A stretch of 64,000 bases of DNA from the human T2T-CHM13v2.0 reference genome, Homo sapiens: the NCBI RefSeq assembly GCF_009914755.1, contig NC_060938.1, one strand, 5' to 3'. The translations under genes were made by a program, and so were the position numbers. Shown here piece after piece: positions 17,539 to 33,300 of this stretch (positions are counted from its first letter, which is position 1; every line of letters begins with the position of its first letter). A model generated the notes under the pieces. It searched no databases. It had not been told where the DNA came from and worked only from the letters and a program-made list of their open reading frames with translations.

Positions 17539-17584
<46 letters not shown>
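17539..17584. repeat. (AC)23 microsatellite
   Basis: Perfect AC dinucleotide run. Confidence 0.97.
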
Positions 17585-17588
<4 letters not shown>

Positions 17589-18380
17589 CTAGTTGATTTG
17601 TACAACAGTGGGCCTCTAACTTGCCATTTTTTCTAGTATCTTGCAAATGGGGAGCACCCCCTACATGGATACTAGACCTGAGTATATGACTTCCTTCTCC
17701 AAACAGAAGTAACGAAAACAGTACACAATTGGAGACGTAGCAAGTGTACATTCATCATGTTTGTATATTTTCACCTGAGAATACTGGAGTTTCCCTAAGA
17801 GAAGTGACTCTGTGTCCATCAAGGGTTGAGTGACCCCGTTCATCAAGCTGTTGGTGTCAGAAGCTTCCAGTTGCTCTACTGTCCTTCACTTTTTTTCTCC
17901 CAGTGTCTTTGCATTTCCCTATGTTTTTCTCTGTATATAGAGTCTCTGCTTTGCCACACTCATCTTCAATGTAGATTAATTATGCTGATGAGAAGGTAAT
18001 GTGTGAGGATTGTATATATTTTCTTTTCTTACAACTATAGGATTTTTCATTCAGTTAAGAGGTAAACAGATTAACATTGGAGGCTATTCCATTTAACTAG
18101 CCCAAGTTCCTATTCCACTTTATATATCCCTCCCACACTGCCGTACGTCTCGAAGAAATGACTGCCAGAAGACTTTGCTTCTAAATTCTTAGCAATAACT
18201 TTCAATGAATTGCTTTCAAATAAGTTATTCCTAACTTAAAATTTTATTGTGTTCAAAGAAACTCGTCCTTCTAACAGGCTTCCACATATGCCGATAGAAC
18301 GTTCCACCACTGACAGGAGGGCAGAGTACCAATGATTCTAATTACAGGAGCTACTCCAAGGAAAGCCTCAGTGATATTTG

Positions 18381-21300
18381 CGTTTGAGTCCGTCCATTCC
18401 ATTCGAGTACATTCTATTCCATTCCATTCCATTCGATTCCATTTCATCTGATTTCATTCCGGTCCACTCCATTGCATTGCATTCCATTCCATTCCAGTCC
18501 ATTCCATTCCATTCCATTCCATTTCATTCTATTCCATTCCATTCCACTCGAGTCCATTCCAAACCATTCCATTCGAGTCTTTTGCATATCATTCCATTCC
18601 ATTCGAATTCATTGCATACCATTTGAGTCCATTCCATTCAATTACATTCCATTCCATTCGAGTTCATTAAATTCGATTCCATTCCACTCGAGTCCATTCG
18701 AGTCCAACCCATTCCATTCGATTCCATTCCATTCTATGCCATTCAAGTCCATTCCATTGCATTCCATTCGAGTCCATTCCATTCCACTCGAGTCCATTCC
18801 ATTCAATTTGTATCCATTCCATTCAATTTGAATCCAATGCATTCCATTCCATTCCATTCGAGTCCATTCCATTCCACTCGAGTCCATTCCATTCAATTTG
18901 TATCCATTCCATTCCATTTGAATCCATTGCATTCCATTCCATTCCATTTGAGTCCATTCCATTCGATTCCATTAGAGACCATTCCCTTCCATTCCATTCA
19001 ATTCGAAACCTGTCCATTCCATTCCATTCGAGTCCATTCCGATCCATTCCATTCGAGTCCATTCCATTCCATTGAACTCCATTCCATTCGAGTCCATTGA
19101 GTTCCATTCCATTCCATTCGAGTCCTTTCAATTCCATTCCATTCGAGTCCATTCCGATCCATTCCATTCGAGTCCATTCCGTTCCATTGCACTCCATTCC
19201 ATTCGAGTCCTTTGAGTTCCATTCCATTCCATGCGAGTCCTTTCAATTCCATTCCATTCCATTCCATTCAATTCCACTCGATTCGATTCCATTGCATTAC
19301 ATTCGAGTCCATTACATTCCAATCCAATCCATTCTATTCGATTCCATTCCATTCCATGCCATTCCTTTGCATTCTACTCGAGTCATTTCCATTCCATTCC
19401 ATTCCATTCTAATCCATTCCATTTCATTCGAGTCCATACCATTCCATTCCAATCGAGTCCACTCCATTCCATTCCATTCCTTTCGAGCTCATTCAATTCC
19501 ACTAGTTTCCTTTTGATTCCATTCCATTCCATTCAACTCCATTTCATTCCAATACATTCCATTCCATTCGATTCCATTCCATTCCATTACATTCCATTCG
19601 ATTCAAGTCAATTCAGTTCCATTCCATTCCATTTGAGTCCATTCCACTCCATTCCATTCGAGTCCATTCCAATCCATTCCATTCCATTCAAGTCCATTCC
19701 ATTCTATTCCATTCGAGTCCATTCCACTGCGTTCCATTCTAGTCCATTCCATTCCATTCCATTTCATTCGTGTCCATTCAGTTCTATTGCATTTGAGTCG
19801 ATTCCATTCCATTCCATTCAAGTCCATTCAATTCCATTCCATTCCATTCGTGTCCATTCCATTCTATTGAATTCGAGTCCATTCCATTCCATTCTATTCG
19901 AGTCCAATCCATTCCATTCCATTCAATTCGAGTCCAATCCATTCCATTCCATTCAATTCGAGTCGATTCCATTCCATTCCATTCCATTCGAGTTCATTCC
20001 ATTCAATTCCAGTCCATTCCATTTCATTCCATTCCATTTGAGTCCATTCCATTCTATTCCTTTCGAGTCCATTCCATTCCATTCCATTAGGGTCCATTCC
20101 ATTAAATTCCATTCCATTCCACTCAATTACAAAGCAATCCACTGCATTCGGGTCCATTCCATTCCATTCATTCCATTGTGGTCCATTCCATTCAATTCCA
20201 TTTGAGTTAATTTCATTCCATTCCTTTGGAGTCCATTCCATTGCATTCCATTCCATCACTTTCGACACCATTCAATTCCATTCCATTCAGTTTGAGTCTA
20301 TTTAATTCCATTACATTCGAGTCCATTCCTTTGCATTCCACTCCATTCGAGTACATTCCATGGTATTCCATTTGAATCCATTCCATTGCATTAAATTAGA
20401 TTCCATTCCATTAGTGTCCATTCCATTAAACTCCTTTCCATTCCATTCGAGTCAATTCCATTCCATTCGTGTCAGTTCCATTCCAATACCTTCGAGTCCA
20501 TTACATTAAATTCCATTCTTTTCCATTCAAGTCAATTCCATTCCATTCCATTCGGGTCAATTCTAATCCATTGCACTCAATTCCAATCGAGTGCAGTCCA
20601 TGCCATTCGAGTAAATTAGATTTCATTTCATTCCATTCGAGTCCCTTCTATTCCATTCCATTCCATTCGAGTCCCTTCCATTACATTCCATTACATTCGA
20701 GTCCATTCCATTCCATTCCATTCCATTCCATTCCATTCCATTCCATTCCATTCCACTCCATTCCATTCCATCTGGGGCCATTCCATTCGAGTCCATTCCA
20801 TTGCATTCCATACCATTCGAGTCCATTCCATTCCATTCCATTCAACTCGAGTCGATTCCATTCTATTTCATTCCATTCATGTCCATTCCATTCCATTCGA
20901 GGCCATTCCATTTCATTCCATTCGAGTCCATTCCATTCCTTTCCATTCCATTCCATTGCATTCCTTTTGAGTCCATTCAATTCAATAGCATTCCATTCGA
21001 GTCCATAACATTCCATTCCATTACATTCCATTTTTCCATTCCATTCCATTCCATTCCATTCGATTCCATTCCTTCCCATTCGAGTCCATTTCATTACATT
21101 CCACTCCATTCCATCCTAGTACATTTCTTTCTGTTACATTCCATTGCAGTCAATTCCATTGAATTCCATTTCTTGGCATTCAAGTCCATTAAACTCCATT
21201 CCATTCAAGTCCACTCCATTCTACTCCATTATTTTCGAGTCCATTCCATTCGAATCCATTTCATTTCACTCCATTATTTTCGAGTCCATTCCATTCTATT

Positions 21301-24300
21301 CTATTCGAGTCCATTCCATGCCATTCCATTCGAGTCCATTTCATTCCATCCATTCTGTTCCTTTTAGGTCCATTCAATTCCATTGCATTCCGATCGAGTC
21401 CGTTCCGTTCCATGCAAGTCCATTCGATTCCATTCTATTCCATTTGAGTCCATTCCACTCTATTACTTTCGAGTCCTTTCCCTTCCATTCCATTCTATTC
21501 CTTTCAACTCCATTCCATTGTATGAATTTGTATTCCATTCCAGTCCATTCCATTCCATTCCAGTCCATGACATACGGGTCCATTTCATTTCATTCCATTC
21601 CATTCGGGTCCATTTCATTCCATTCCACACCATTCTTGTCCATTCAATTTTCTCCATTCCATTCGATTCCATTCCATTCGATTCCATTCGAGTCCATTCA
21701 ATTCCATTGCACTCGAGTCCATTCAATTCCATTCCATGCTATTCCATTCGAGTCCAATACTTTACATTCCATTCCATTCGAGTAATTTCCATTCCATTCG
21801 AGTCCATTGCCTTCAATTCCATTGGAGTCCTCTCCATTCCATTCTATTCCATTTGAGTCCTTTCCACTCCATATATTCTAGTCCATTCCATTCAAACCCC
21901 TTCCATTGGAGTCAATTCCATTCCATTCCATTCCATTCTATTCCATTCGAGTCCATTCCTTTCCATTCCATTCCATTCGAGACCGTTCCATTCCATTGGA
22001 GTCAATTCCACTCCATTCCATTGGAGTCCATTCCATTACATTCTATTCCAATTGAGTCCATTCCATTCCATTCCTTTCGAGTCCATTCCATTCTATTCAA
22101 ATCCATTCCATTCCAGCCCATTCCATTCGAGTCCATTCCATTCCATTCCATTCGAATCCATTCCATTTGAGTCCATTCCATTCCATTCAATTCGAGTCAT
22201 TAGATTCCACTCCATTCCATTCCATTCGAGTCCATTCCATTCCATTCCATTCCATTCCGTTCCGTTCCATTCCATTCCATTCCATTCCATTCCATTCCAT
22301 TCCACTCATGTCCATTCAATTCAATTCCATTCGAGTCAATTCCATTCTATTGCATTCGAGTCCATTCCATTCTGTTCCATTCCATTAGATTCCAGTCCAT
22401 TCCACTCAATTCCATTCGAGATCATTCCAAACCATTCCATTCCATACCATTCCATTCCATTCCTTTCCATTTGGGTCCATTACATTTGAGTCCATTCCAT
22501 TCCTTCTATTCCATAACATTTCATTCGAGTCCATCCCATTCCTTTCCATTCCACTCGAGTCCATTCCATTCTAAACCATTCTATTACAGTTCATTCCATT
22601 CGAGTCCATTCCATTCCCCTCCATTAGAGTCCATTCCATTAGAGTCCACTCCAGTAAAACCCATTCAATTCCATTCGTGTCTATTCCATTCCATTCCATT
22701 CTATTAAAGTCCATTCCATTCCATTCCATTCCATTCAATACCATTCCATTCCAATCCATTCTATTCCATTCAAGTCCTTTCCATTCCATTCCATTCAATT
22801 CTATTCAGATCAATTCCATTGTTTCCATTCGAGTCCACTGCATTCCATTCGAGTCCATTGAATTCCATTCTATTCGAGTACATTCTATTCCATTTCGTTC
22901 CATTCCAGCCCTTTCCATTCCTTTCCGTTCCTTTCATGTCCATTCCATTCCATTCCACTCCATTCCATTCCATTCCACTCCATTCCATTCCATTCCACTC
23001 CATTCAATTCCATTCCACTCCATTCCATTCAATTCCATTCCATTCCATTCCATTCCATTCCATTCCATTAGAGTCGTATCCTTTCCATGCCATTCCATTA
23101 GGGTAAATTCCATTCTATTCCACTCAATTCCATTCCATTGCATTCCATTTCATTTGAGTCCACTCCTTTCCATTCCATTCAACTCGAGTCGATTTCATTT
23201 CATTCCATTCCATTCGAGTCCATTCCGTTCCATTCGAGTCCATTCCATTCCATTCCATTCCATTTAACTTGAGTCATTTCCATTAAATTCCATTCCTTTC
23301 CAGTCCATTCCATTCCATTTGACTCCATTCCATTCCATTGCATTTGAGTCCATTTCATTTCATTCCATTCCATTCCATTCCATTCAATTCCATTCCATTC
23401 GAGTCCATTCCATTGCATTCCATTCCATTCGAGTCCATACCTTTCTATTCCATTTGAGTCAATTCCATTCCATGCCTTTCGACTACATTCCATTCCACTC
23501 CATTCCATTCCATTCCACTCGAGACTGTTCCAATCCATTCCAATACATTTGAGTCCATTCTATTCCATTCGGGTCCATTCCATTCCATTCGAGTCCAATC
23601 TCTCTCATTTCATTCCATTCCTTTCAAGTCCATTCAATTCCATTCCATTCCATTTGAGTCCATTCCATTCCACTCCATTCCATTCCATTCCATTTCACTC
23701 CATTACATTCTTGTCCATTCCATTCGAGTCCATTCCATTCCATTCATGTCAACTCAATTCCATTCCATTCCATACGTTCCATTTTATGCCATTCCATTCG
23801 AATGCATTCCATTCTATTCCATTCAAATGAATTCCGTTCTATTCCATTCGAGTCCATTCCATTCCTTTCCATTCGAGTCTGTTCCATTCCGTTCCTTTCT
23901 ATTCCTTTCAAGTTCATTCCTTTCAATTCCATTCCATTTGAAGGCATTCCCTTCCATTCGAGTCCATTCGAATCCTTTCCCTTCTATTTCATTTGAGCCA
24001 TTCCATTCCATTCCATTAGTGCCCATTCCATCCAGTTCCATTCCACTCGAACCCATTTCATTCTGTTGAAATCCATTCAGGTCCAATCAATTCAAATCCA
24101 TTCGAGTCAATTCCATTTGAGTCCATTCCATAGCATTCCATTCCGTTTCACTGAATTCCATTCCATTCCTATCGAATCAATTGCATTCAAATTCATTCGA
24201 GTCCATTGCATTCTATTCCATTCGAGTCCATCCCTTTCCATTCCATTAGGGTCCATTCCATTAAATTCCATTCCAATCCATTCGAGTCCATTCCATTCCA

Positions 24301-27300
24301 TTCTATTCCACTCCATTCCATTCCATTCCATCCCTTTCGATTCCATTGCATTCTATTCGCGTCCATTCCGTTCCATTCCATTCCATTCGGGTCCATTCTA
24401 TTCCATTCCATTTGATTCCATTCCACTCCACTGCATTTCATTCGAGTACATTCCATTCCATTTCATTCCATTCCATAGCATTCCATTCGACTCCATTCCA
24501 TTCCATTCCATTCCATAGGCAACTTCATTTCCTTACATTCCATTCCAGTTGAGTCCATTCAATTCCATTCCATTCGAGTCTATTCCACTCCATTCCACAC
24601 AAGTCCATTCCATTCCACACCATTCCATTCGAGTTCATTCCATTCGATTCCAATCCAGTATATTCCATTCAATTCCATTCGATTCAAGTCGATTCAAATC
24701 CATTCCACTGCATTCAAATCCATTCGATTCCATTCCATTCCATTCCATTCCATTCTAGTCAATTTCATGCCTTTACATTCCATTCCAGTCGAGTCCATTC
24801 AATTCCATTCCATTCGAGTCTATTCCACTCCATTCCATACAAGTCCATTCCATTCCAAACCATTCCATTCGAGTTCATTCCATTCTATTCCAATCTAGTA
24901 GATTCCATTCAATTCCATTCGATTCAAATCCATTCGAATCCATTCCATTGCATTCAAATCCATTCAAGTCCATTCCATTCCATTCCTTTCGAGTCCATTC
25001 CATTGCATTCCATTCCATTCTTTTCGAGTCCATTCAATTCGATTCCACTCCTTTGAAGTCCATTCAATTCCATTCCATTCCATTCGAATCCATTCCATTC
25101 CATTCCATTCAAATGCGTTCCATTCCACTACATTCCATTCGAATCTATTCTATTCCATTCCGTTCGCATCCATTCCATTCGAGTCCATTCCATTGCATTC
25201 CATTCCATTCGAGTACATTCCATTCTTTTCCATGCGAGTCCATTACTTTCTATTCCATTCCATTAGATTCCATTCCATTAAATTCCATTCCATTCCTTTC
25301 GAGTCCATTCCATTCAAATCCATTCCATTCCAATCCATTCCATTCCATTCCCAACAAGTCCATTCCATTCCATTCCATTCCATTCCATTCTATTCCATTC
25401 AAGTCCATTCCATTCCATTCCATTCCATTCCATTCCATTCCATTCTGTTCCATTTCATTTCATTCCATTCCAGCACATTCCATTCCATTCGAGTCCATTC
25501 CATTTCATTCCATTCTATTGCTTTCGAGACCATTCAATTCCATTCCATTTCATTCGAGTCAATTTCATTCGATTCCATTCCATTGCATTCCATTCCATTG
25601 GCGTCCATTCCGTTCTATCCCATTTGAGTCCATTCCTTTCCATTCCATTAGATTCCATTCCATTAGAGTCCATTACATTAAATTATATTCCATTCCATTC
25701 GAGTCCATTCCATTCCAAAGGAGTATATTCCACTCCATTGTCTTTGTATCCATTCCATTCCATTACATTCTATTCCATTCATGTCGATTCCATTCCATTC
25801 CCTTTCATTCCATTAAATTTCATTACCTTACCTTACATTACATTACATTACATTACATTACATTACATTCGGGTCCTTTCTATTCCATTTCCTTCGAGTC
25901 TATTCCATTCCATTGCATTCCAATCAAGTCCATTCAATTCCATTCCATTTCATTCGATTCCATTCCATTGTATTCCCTTCGAATCCATTGCATTCCATTC
26001 CATTAGAGTCCATTCCATTAAATCACATTCTGTTCCTTTCAAGTCCATTCCATTCCACTCCAACGTACTCAAGTCATTTCAATTCCATTCGAGTCCATTC
26101 CTTTCCATTCCATTCCATTCCACTGGATTCTATTCCATTCCATTCCATTCCATTCCATTCCATTCCATTCGGGTCCATTCCATTTCATTCGATTCCACTC
26201 CGTTCCCTTCCATTCCATTCGAGTCCATTTCATTCCATTCCATTCCTTTCAGGTCTATTCAATTCAACTACATTCCATTCAAATTCATTCCATTCCATTC
26301 CATTCCATTCCATTCCATTCCATTCCATTCCATTCGATTTGGGTCCATTCGATTCCATTCCATTCATGTCCATTCTATTCCATTCGAGTCCATTCCATTC
26401 CATTAATTTTGGTTTCATTCCATTCCATTCCATTCAATTCCGTTAGAGTCCATTCCATTCCATTCCATACCATTCCATTCCATTCCATTTCATTCCATTC
26501 CGTGCCTTGCAATTCCATTCGATTCCATTCCATTCGGGTCCATTCAATTCCATTCCATTAGGGTCCATTCCATTCCATTCCACTCCATTCGGGTCAATTC
26601 CATTCCGTTCCATTCCATTCGATTCCATTTCTTTCCATTCCATTCCATTAAATTCGGGTTAATTCAATTCCCTTCCATTCGAGTCCATTCCATTCCATTC
26701 CGTTCCATTCCATTCCATTCCACTCCACTCGATTCCATTCCACTTGAATCAATTCCATTCGAGTGAATTCCTTTCCATTCCATTCGTGTACATTCCACTC
26801 CGTTCCATTCAATTAGAGTTTATTCCATCCCATCCCATTTGAGTCCACTTAAATCCATCCCATTCCATTCAAGTCCATTCCATTTTAATCCATTGGAGTC
26901 CATTCCATTGCATTCCATTCCATTAGAATCCATTCCATTATATTACATTCAAGTCCATTCCATTCTGTTCCATTACAATCGTTTCCAGTCCATTCCATTC
27001 GAGTCCATTCCATTTCATTCCATTCGAGTAAATTCCATTTCATTCCATTCCATTTGAGTCAATTCCATTCCATTCCGTTGCATTCCATTCCATTCCATTC
27101 CATTCCACTGCATTCCATTTGTGTCCATTCCTTTCCCTTCCATTCGAGTCCATTCTACTTCATTCCAATCCATTCCATTCCATTCCATTCCATCCCATTT
27201 CATTCCATTTGAGTCAATTCCATTCCATTCCATTGCATTGCATTCCATTCCATTCCATTGCATTCCATTCGTGTCCATTCCTTTCCCTTCCATTCGAGTC

Positions 27301-30300
27301 CATTCTACTCCATTCCAATCCATTCCATTCCATTCCATTCCATCCCATTCCATTCCATTCCAATCAATTCCATTCAATTCCATTCTATTCCATTTGAGTC
27401 CATTCAATTGCATTCCATTCGAGTCCATTCCATTCCTTTCCTTTAGAGTCCATTCCAATAAATACAATTCTATTCCATTCAAGTCTGTTCTATTCCATTC
27501 CATTCCATTTGTATCCATTCTATTTCACTCGAGCCCATTGCATTCCATTCCATTCGAGGCCATTCCATTCCATTCCTTACTATTCCATTCAAGTCCATTC
27601 CATCCAATTCCATTGCATTCCATTCCATTCCATTCAATTCCTTTCCATTCCATTCCATTCCTTTTCCATTCCATTCCATTCCATTCCATTCCATTCCATT
27701 CCATTCCATTCCACTACATTCCGTTTGAATCCATTCCATTCCATTCCGTTCGAGTCCATTCCATTGGAATCCATTCCATTGCATTCCATTCCATTCGAGT
27801 CCATTCCATTCTTTTCCATTTGAGTCCATTACATTCGATTCCATTCCATTAGACTACATTCCATTAAATTCCATTCCATTCCTTTCGAGTCCATTTGATT
27901 CCATTCAAATCCATTCCATTCCATTCCCATCAATTCCATTCCATTCCATTCCATTCTATTCAATTCTAGTCCATTCCATTCCATTTCATTACATTCCGTT
28001 CCTGTACATTCTATTGCATTTTAGTCCATTCCATTTCATTCCATTCTATTCCTTTCGAGACCATTCTATTCCATTCCATTTCATTCCAGTCCATTCCATT
28101 CGATTCCATTCCATTGCCTTCCATTCCATTGGCGTCCATTCCATTCTATGGCATTCGAGTCCATTCCATTACGTTCCATTAGAGTCCATTTCATTAAATT
28201 ACATTGTATTCCGTTCGAGTCCATTCTGTTCAATTTCATTCCATTCGTGTCCATTCCATTCCACTCGAATCCATTCCATTCCGTTACTTTTGAGTCCATT
28301 CTACTCCATCCAATTCTATTCCAATCAAGACCATTAGATTCCCTTCCATTCCATTGAAGTCCATTCCACTCCATTACATTCTAGTTCGTTACATTCCACT
28401 CCATTCCATTCGAGTCCATTCCTTTCTACTCCATTCGAGTCCATTCCATTATATTCCATTCCATTCCATTCCGTTCTATTCTGTTCGAGTCCGTTCCATT
28501 CCCTTCCGTTTGAGTCCACTCAATTCCTTTCGATTCCATTCCATTCCATTCCATTGCATTCAAATCCATTGAATTCCATGCTATTCCATTTGATTCCATT
28601 CCATTCCATTCCATTAGAGTCCCTTTCATTCAAAGCAATTCCATTCCATTCCATTCCATTCCATTCCATTCCATTCGTCTCCTTTCCATACCATTCCGTT
28701 CCATTTGAGATCATTCCATTCCATTCCATTCCATTCGGGTCCATTCCATTCAATGCCGTTCGTGTCAATTCCACTCAATTAGGTACGAGTCCATTCCATT
28801 GCATTCCATTCCATCGAGTCATTGTATTCCATTCCATTCGAGTCCATTCCATTGCATTCCATTCCATTCCTTTCGAGTCCATTCAATTCCATTAAATTCC
28901 ATTCGAATACATTACATTCTAATCCATTCGGGTCTCTTCCATTCGAATCCATTCCATTGCATTCCATTCCATTCAAGTCGATTCCATTCTATTCCATTCG
29001 AGTCCATTCCATTACATTCCTTTAAATTCCATTCCATTAAATTCCATTCCTTTCCTTTTGAGTCCATTCCATTCCATTCAAATGCAATCCATTCCATTCC
29101 CATTGAGTCCATTCCATTCCATTCCATTCCATTCCATTCCATTCCATTCTATTCCATTCAAGTCCATTCCTTTCCATTTCATTCCAGTCCATTCCATTCC
29201 ATTCCATTCCAGTCCATTCCATTCCATTTCATTCGAGTCCATTCCACTGCATTACATTACATTCCTTTAGATACCATTCAATTCCATTCCATTTCATTTG
29301 AGTTCATTCCATTTCATTCCATTCCATTGACATCCTTTCCTTTCTATTCCATTCGATTCAATTCCATTCCATTCCATTAGAGTCCATTCCATTAAATTCC
29401 ATTGGATTCCATTCGAGTCTATTCTATTCCATTTTTTTATTCATGTCCATTCCATTCCACTCAATTCCATTGCATTCCATTACTTTTGTGTCCATTCCAT
29501 TCCATTCAATTCTTTTCCAATCAAGTCCATTAGATTCCTTTCCATTCCATTCAAGTCCATTCCACTCCATTCCATTCTAGTCCATTTCATTCCACTCCAT
29601 TCCATACGAGTCCCTTCCATTCTACTGCTTTTGGTTCCATTCCATTCCATTGTATTCCATTTGACACCATTCCATTCCCTTCCATTCTGTTTGAGCGCAC
29701 TCCATTCCTTTCAATTCCATTCCATTCCATGGCATTCGAATCCATTCAATTCCATGCTATTCCATTTGAGTCCATTCCATTCCATTCCATTAGAGTTCCT
29801 TTCATTCAAAGCAATTCCATTCCAGTCCATTCCGTTCCATTACTTTCCATCCCATTCCATTCGTCTCCATTCCATACCATTCCATTCCATTTGAGCTCAT
29901 TCCATCCCATTCCAATCCATTCGTGTCCATTCCATTCAATTGCTTTCCAGTCAATTCCATTCAATGCCATACACGTCTATTCCGTTGCATTCCATTCCAT
30001 CGAGCCCTTTGCATACCATTCAATTCGAATCCATTCCATTGCATTCCTTTCCATTCCTTTCGATTCCTTTCAATTCCTTTCCATTCCATTCTAATACATT
30101 ACATTCTATTCCATTCGAGTCCATTCCATTCGAATCCATTTCATTGCATTCCATTCCATTTGAGTCCATTCCATACTATTCCATTCGAGTCCATTCCATT
30201 AGGTTCATTTCCTTTAGATTCCATTCCACTCCTTTCGAGTCCATTCCATTCCATTCAAATTCATTCCATTCCATTCCCATCCAGTCCATTTCATTCCATT

Positions 30301-33300
30301 CCATTCTATTCCATTCAAGTCCATTCCTTTCCATCTCATTACATTCCAATGAAGTCCATTCCATTCCATTGCATTCCAGTCCACTCCATTCCATTCCATT
30401 CGAGTCTATTCCATTGCATTCAATTCCATTGTCATCCATTGCATTCTATTCCATTCGAGTCCATTCCATTGCATTCCATTCCATTGTCATCCATTGCCTT
30501 CTATTCCATTAGAGTCCATTCCATTGCATTCCATTCCATTCCTTTCGAGTCCTTTCAATTCCATTAAATTCCATTCAAATACATTACATTCTAATCCATT
30601 CGAGTCCATTCCATTCGAATCCATTCTATTGCATTCCATTCCATTCAAGTCCATTCCATTCTATTCCATTCGAGTCCATTCCATTACATTCCATTCCTTT
30701 AGATTCCATTCAATTAAATTCCATTCCATTCCTTTTGATTCCATTCCATTCCATTCAAATCCATTCCATTCCAATCCCTTCGAGTCCATTCCATTACATT
30801 ACATTCTATTCCATTCAAGTCCATTCCATTACATTTCATTCCATTCCATTCCATTCCATTCGAGTCCATTCCATTGCATTCCATTCCATTCCTTTCGAGA
30901 GCATTCAATTCCATTCCATTTCAATTGAGTCCATTCCATTGCATTCCATTCCATTCCTTTCGCTTCCTTTCAATTCTTTTCCATTCCATTCTAATACATT
31001 ACATTCTATTCCATTCGAGTCCATTCCATTCGAATCCATTTCATTGCATTCCATTCCATTCGAGTCCATTCCATATTATTCAGTTCGAGTCCATTCCATT
31101 AGATTCCATTCCTTTAGATTTCATTCCACTCCTTTTGAATCCATTCCATTTCATTCCCATCGAGTCCATTTCATTCCATTCCATTCTATTCCATTCAAGT
31201 CCATTACTTTCCATTTCATTACATTCCAATCAAGTCCATTCCATTACATTCCATTGCACTCCATTCCATTCCATTCGTGTCCATTCCATTGCATTCCATT
31301 CCGTTCCTTTCGAGTCCATTCAATTCCATTAAATTCCATTCGAATACATTACATTCTAATCCATTCGAGTCCATTCCATTCGAATCCATTCCATTGCATT
31401 CCATTCCATTCAAGTCCATTCCATTCTATTCCATTCGAGTCCATTCCATTACATTCCATTTTTTTAGATTCCATTCCTTTAAATTCCATTCCATTCCTTT
31501 TGAGTCCATTCCATTCCATTCAAATCCATTCCATTCCATTCCCATCAAGTCCATTCCATTCCATTCTATTCCATTCAAGTCCCTTCCATTCCATTTCATT
31601 ACATTCCATTCCAATCCATTCCATTCCATTTCATTCGAGTCCATTCCATTGCATTCCATTCCATTGCTTTCTAGACCATTCAATTGCATTCCTTTTCATT
31701 CAAATCCATTCCATTCGAGTCCATTCCATTGCATTCCATTCCATTGACATCCATTGCATTCTATTCCATTCGAGTCCATTCCATTAGAGTCCATTCCATT
31801 AAATTCCATTGTATTCCATTCGAGTCCATACCATTCCATTTTTTTTCCATTCGTGTCCATTCCATTCCATTTGAGTCCATTGCATTCCATTACTTTTGAG
31901 TCCATTCCATTCCATTCAATTCTTTTCCAATCAAGTCCATTAGATTCCATTCCATTCCATTCAAGTCCATTGCACTCCATTCCATTCTAGTCTGTTACAT
32001 TCCACTCTATTCCATACGAGTCCATTCCATTCTACTCCTTTCGATTCCATTCCATTCCATTCTATTCCATTTGGTCCATTCCATTACATTCTATTCTGCT
32101 TGAGTCCACTCCATTCCTTTCAATTCCATTCCATTCCTTGGCATTTGAATCCATTCTATTCCATGCTATTCCATTTGAGTCATTCCATTCCATTCCGTTA
32201 GAGTCCGTTTCATTCAAAGCAATTCCATTTCTGTCCATTCTTTTCCATTCCATTCCATCTCATTCCATTCATCTCCATTCCATACCATTCCATTCCATAT
32301 GAGCTCATTCCATTCCATTCCTTTCGGATCCATTTCATTCAATTGCTTTCCAGTCAATTCCATTCAATTCCATACACGTCCACTCCGTTGCATTCCATTC
32401 CATTGAGTCCATTGCATACCATTCCATTCGAGTCCATTCCATTGCATTCCATTCCATTCCTTTCACTTCCTTTCAATTCCTTTCCATTCCATTCTAATAC
32501 ATTACTTTGTATTCCATTCGAGTCCATTCCATTCGAATCCATTTCATTGCATTCCATTCCATTCGAGTCCATTCCATACTATTCAATTTGAGTCCATTCT
32601 ATTTGATTCCATTCCTTTAGATTCCATTCCACTCCTTTTGAGTCCATTCCATTCCATTCAAATCCATTCCATTCCATTCTCATCGAGTCCATTTCATTCC
32701 ATTCCATTCTATTCCATTCAAGTCCATTCCATTCCATTTCATTACATTCCAATCAAGTCCATTCCATTCCATTCCATTCCAGTCCATTCCATTCCATTGC
32801 ATTCGTGTCCATTCCATTGCATTCCATTCCATTCCATTTGAGACCATTCAATTCCATTCCATTCCATTCGAGTCCATTCCATTGCATTCCATTCGATTCC
32901 TTTTGAGACCATTCGATTCCATTCCATTTCATTCGAGTCCATTCCATTTGAGTCCATTCCATTGCATTCCATTCCATTGTCATCCACTCCATTCTATTCC
33001 ATTCGAGTCCATTCCATTCCATTAAATTAGAGTCCATTCCATTAAATTCCATTGTATTCCATTTGAGTCCATTCTATTCCATTCCTTTCCATTCCTGTCC
33101 ATTCCATTCCACTCGAGTCCATTCCATTCCATTACTTTTGAGTCCATTTCATTCCATTCAATTCTTTTCCAAACAAGTCCATTGGATTCCATTCCATTTC
33201 ATTCAAGTCCATTCCACTCCATTCCATTCTAGTCCATTACATTCCAGTCCATTTCAATGCAGTCCATTCCATTCTTCTCCATTCAAGTCTATTCCATTCC

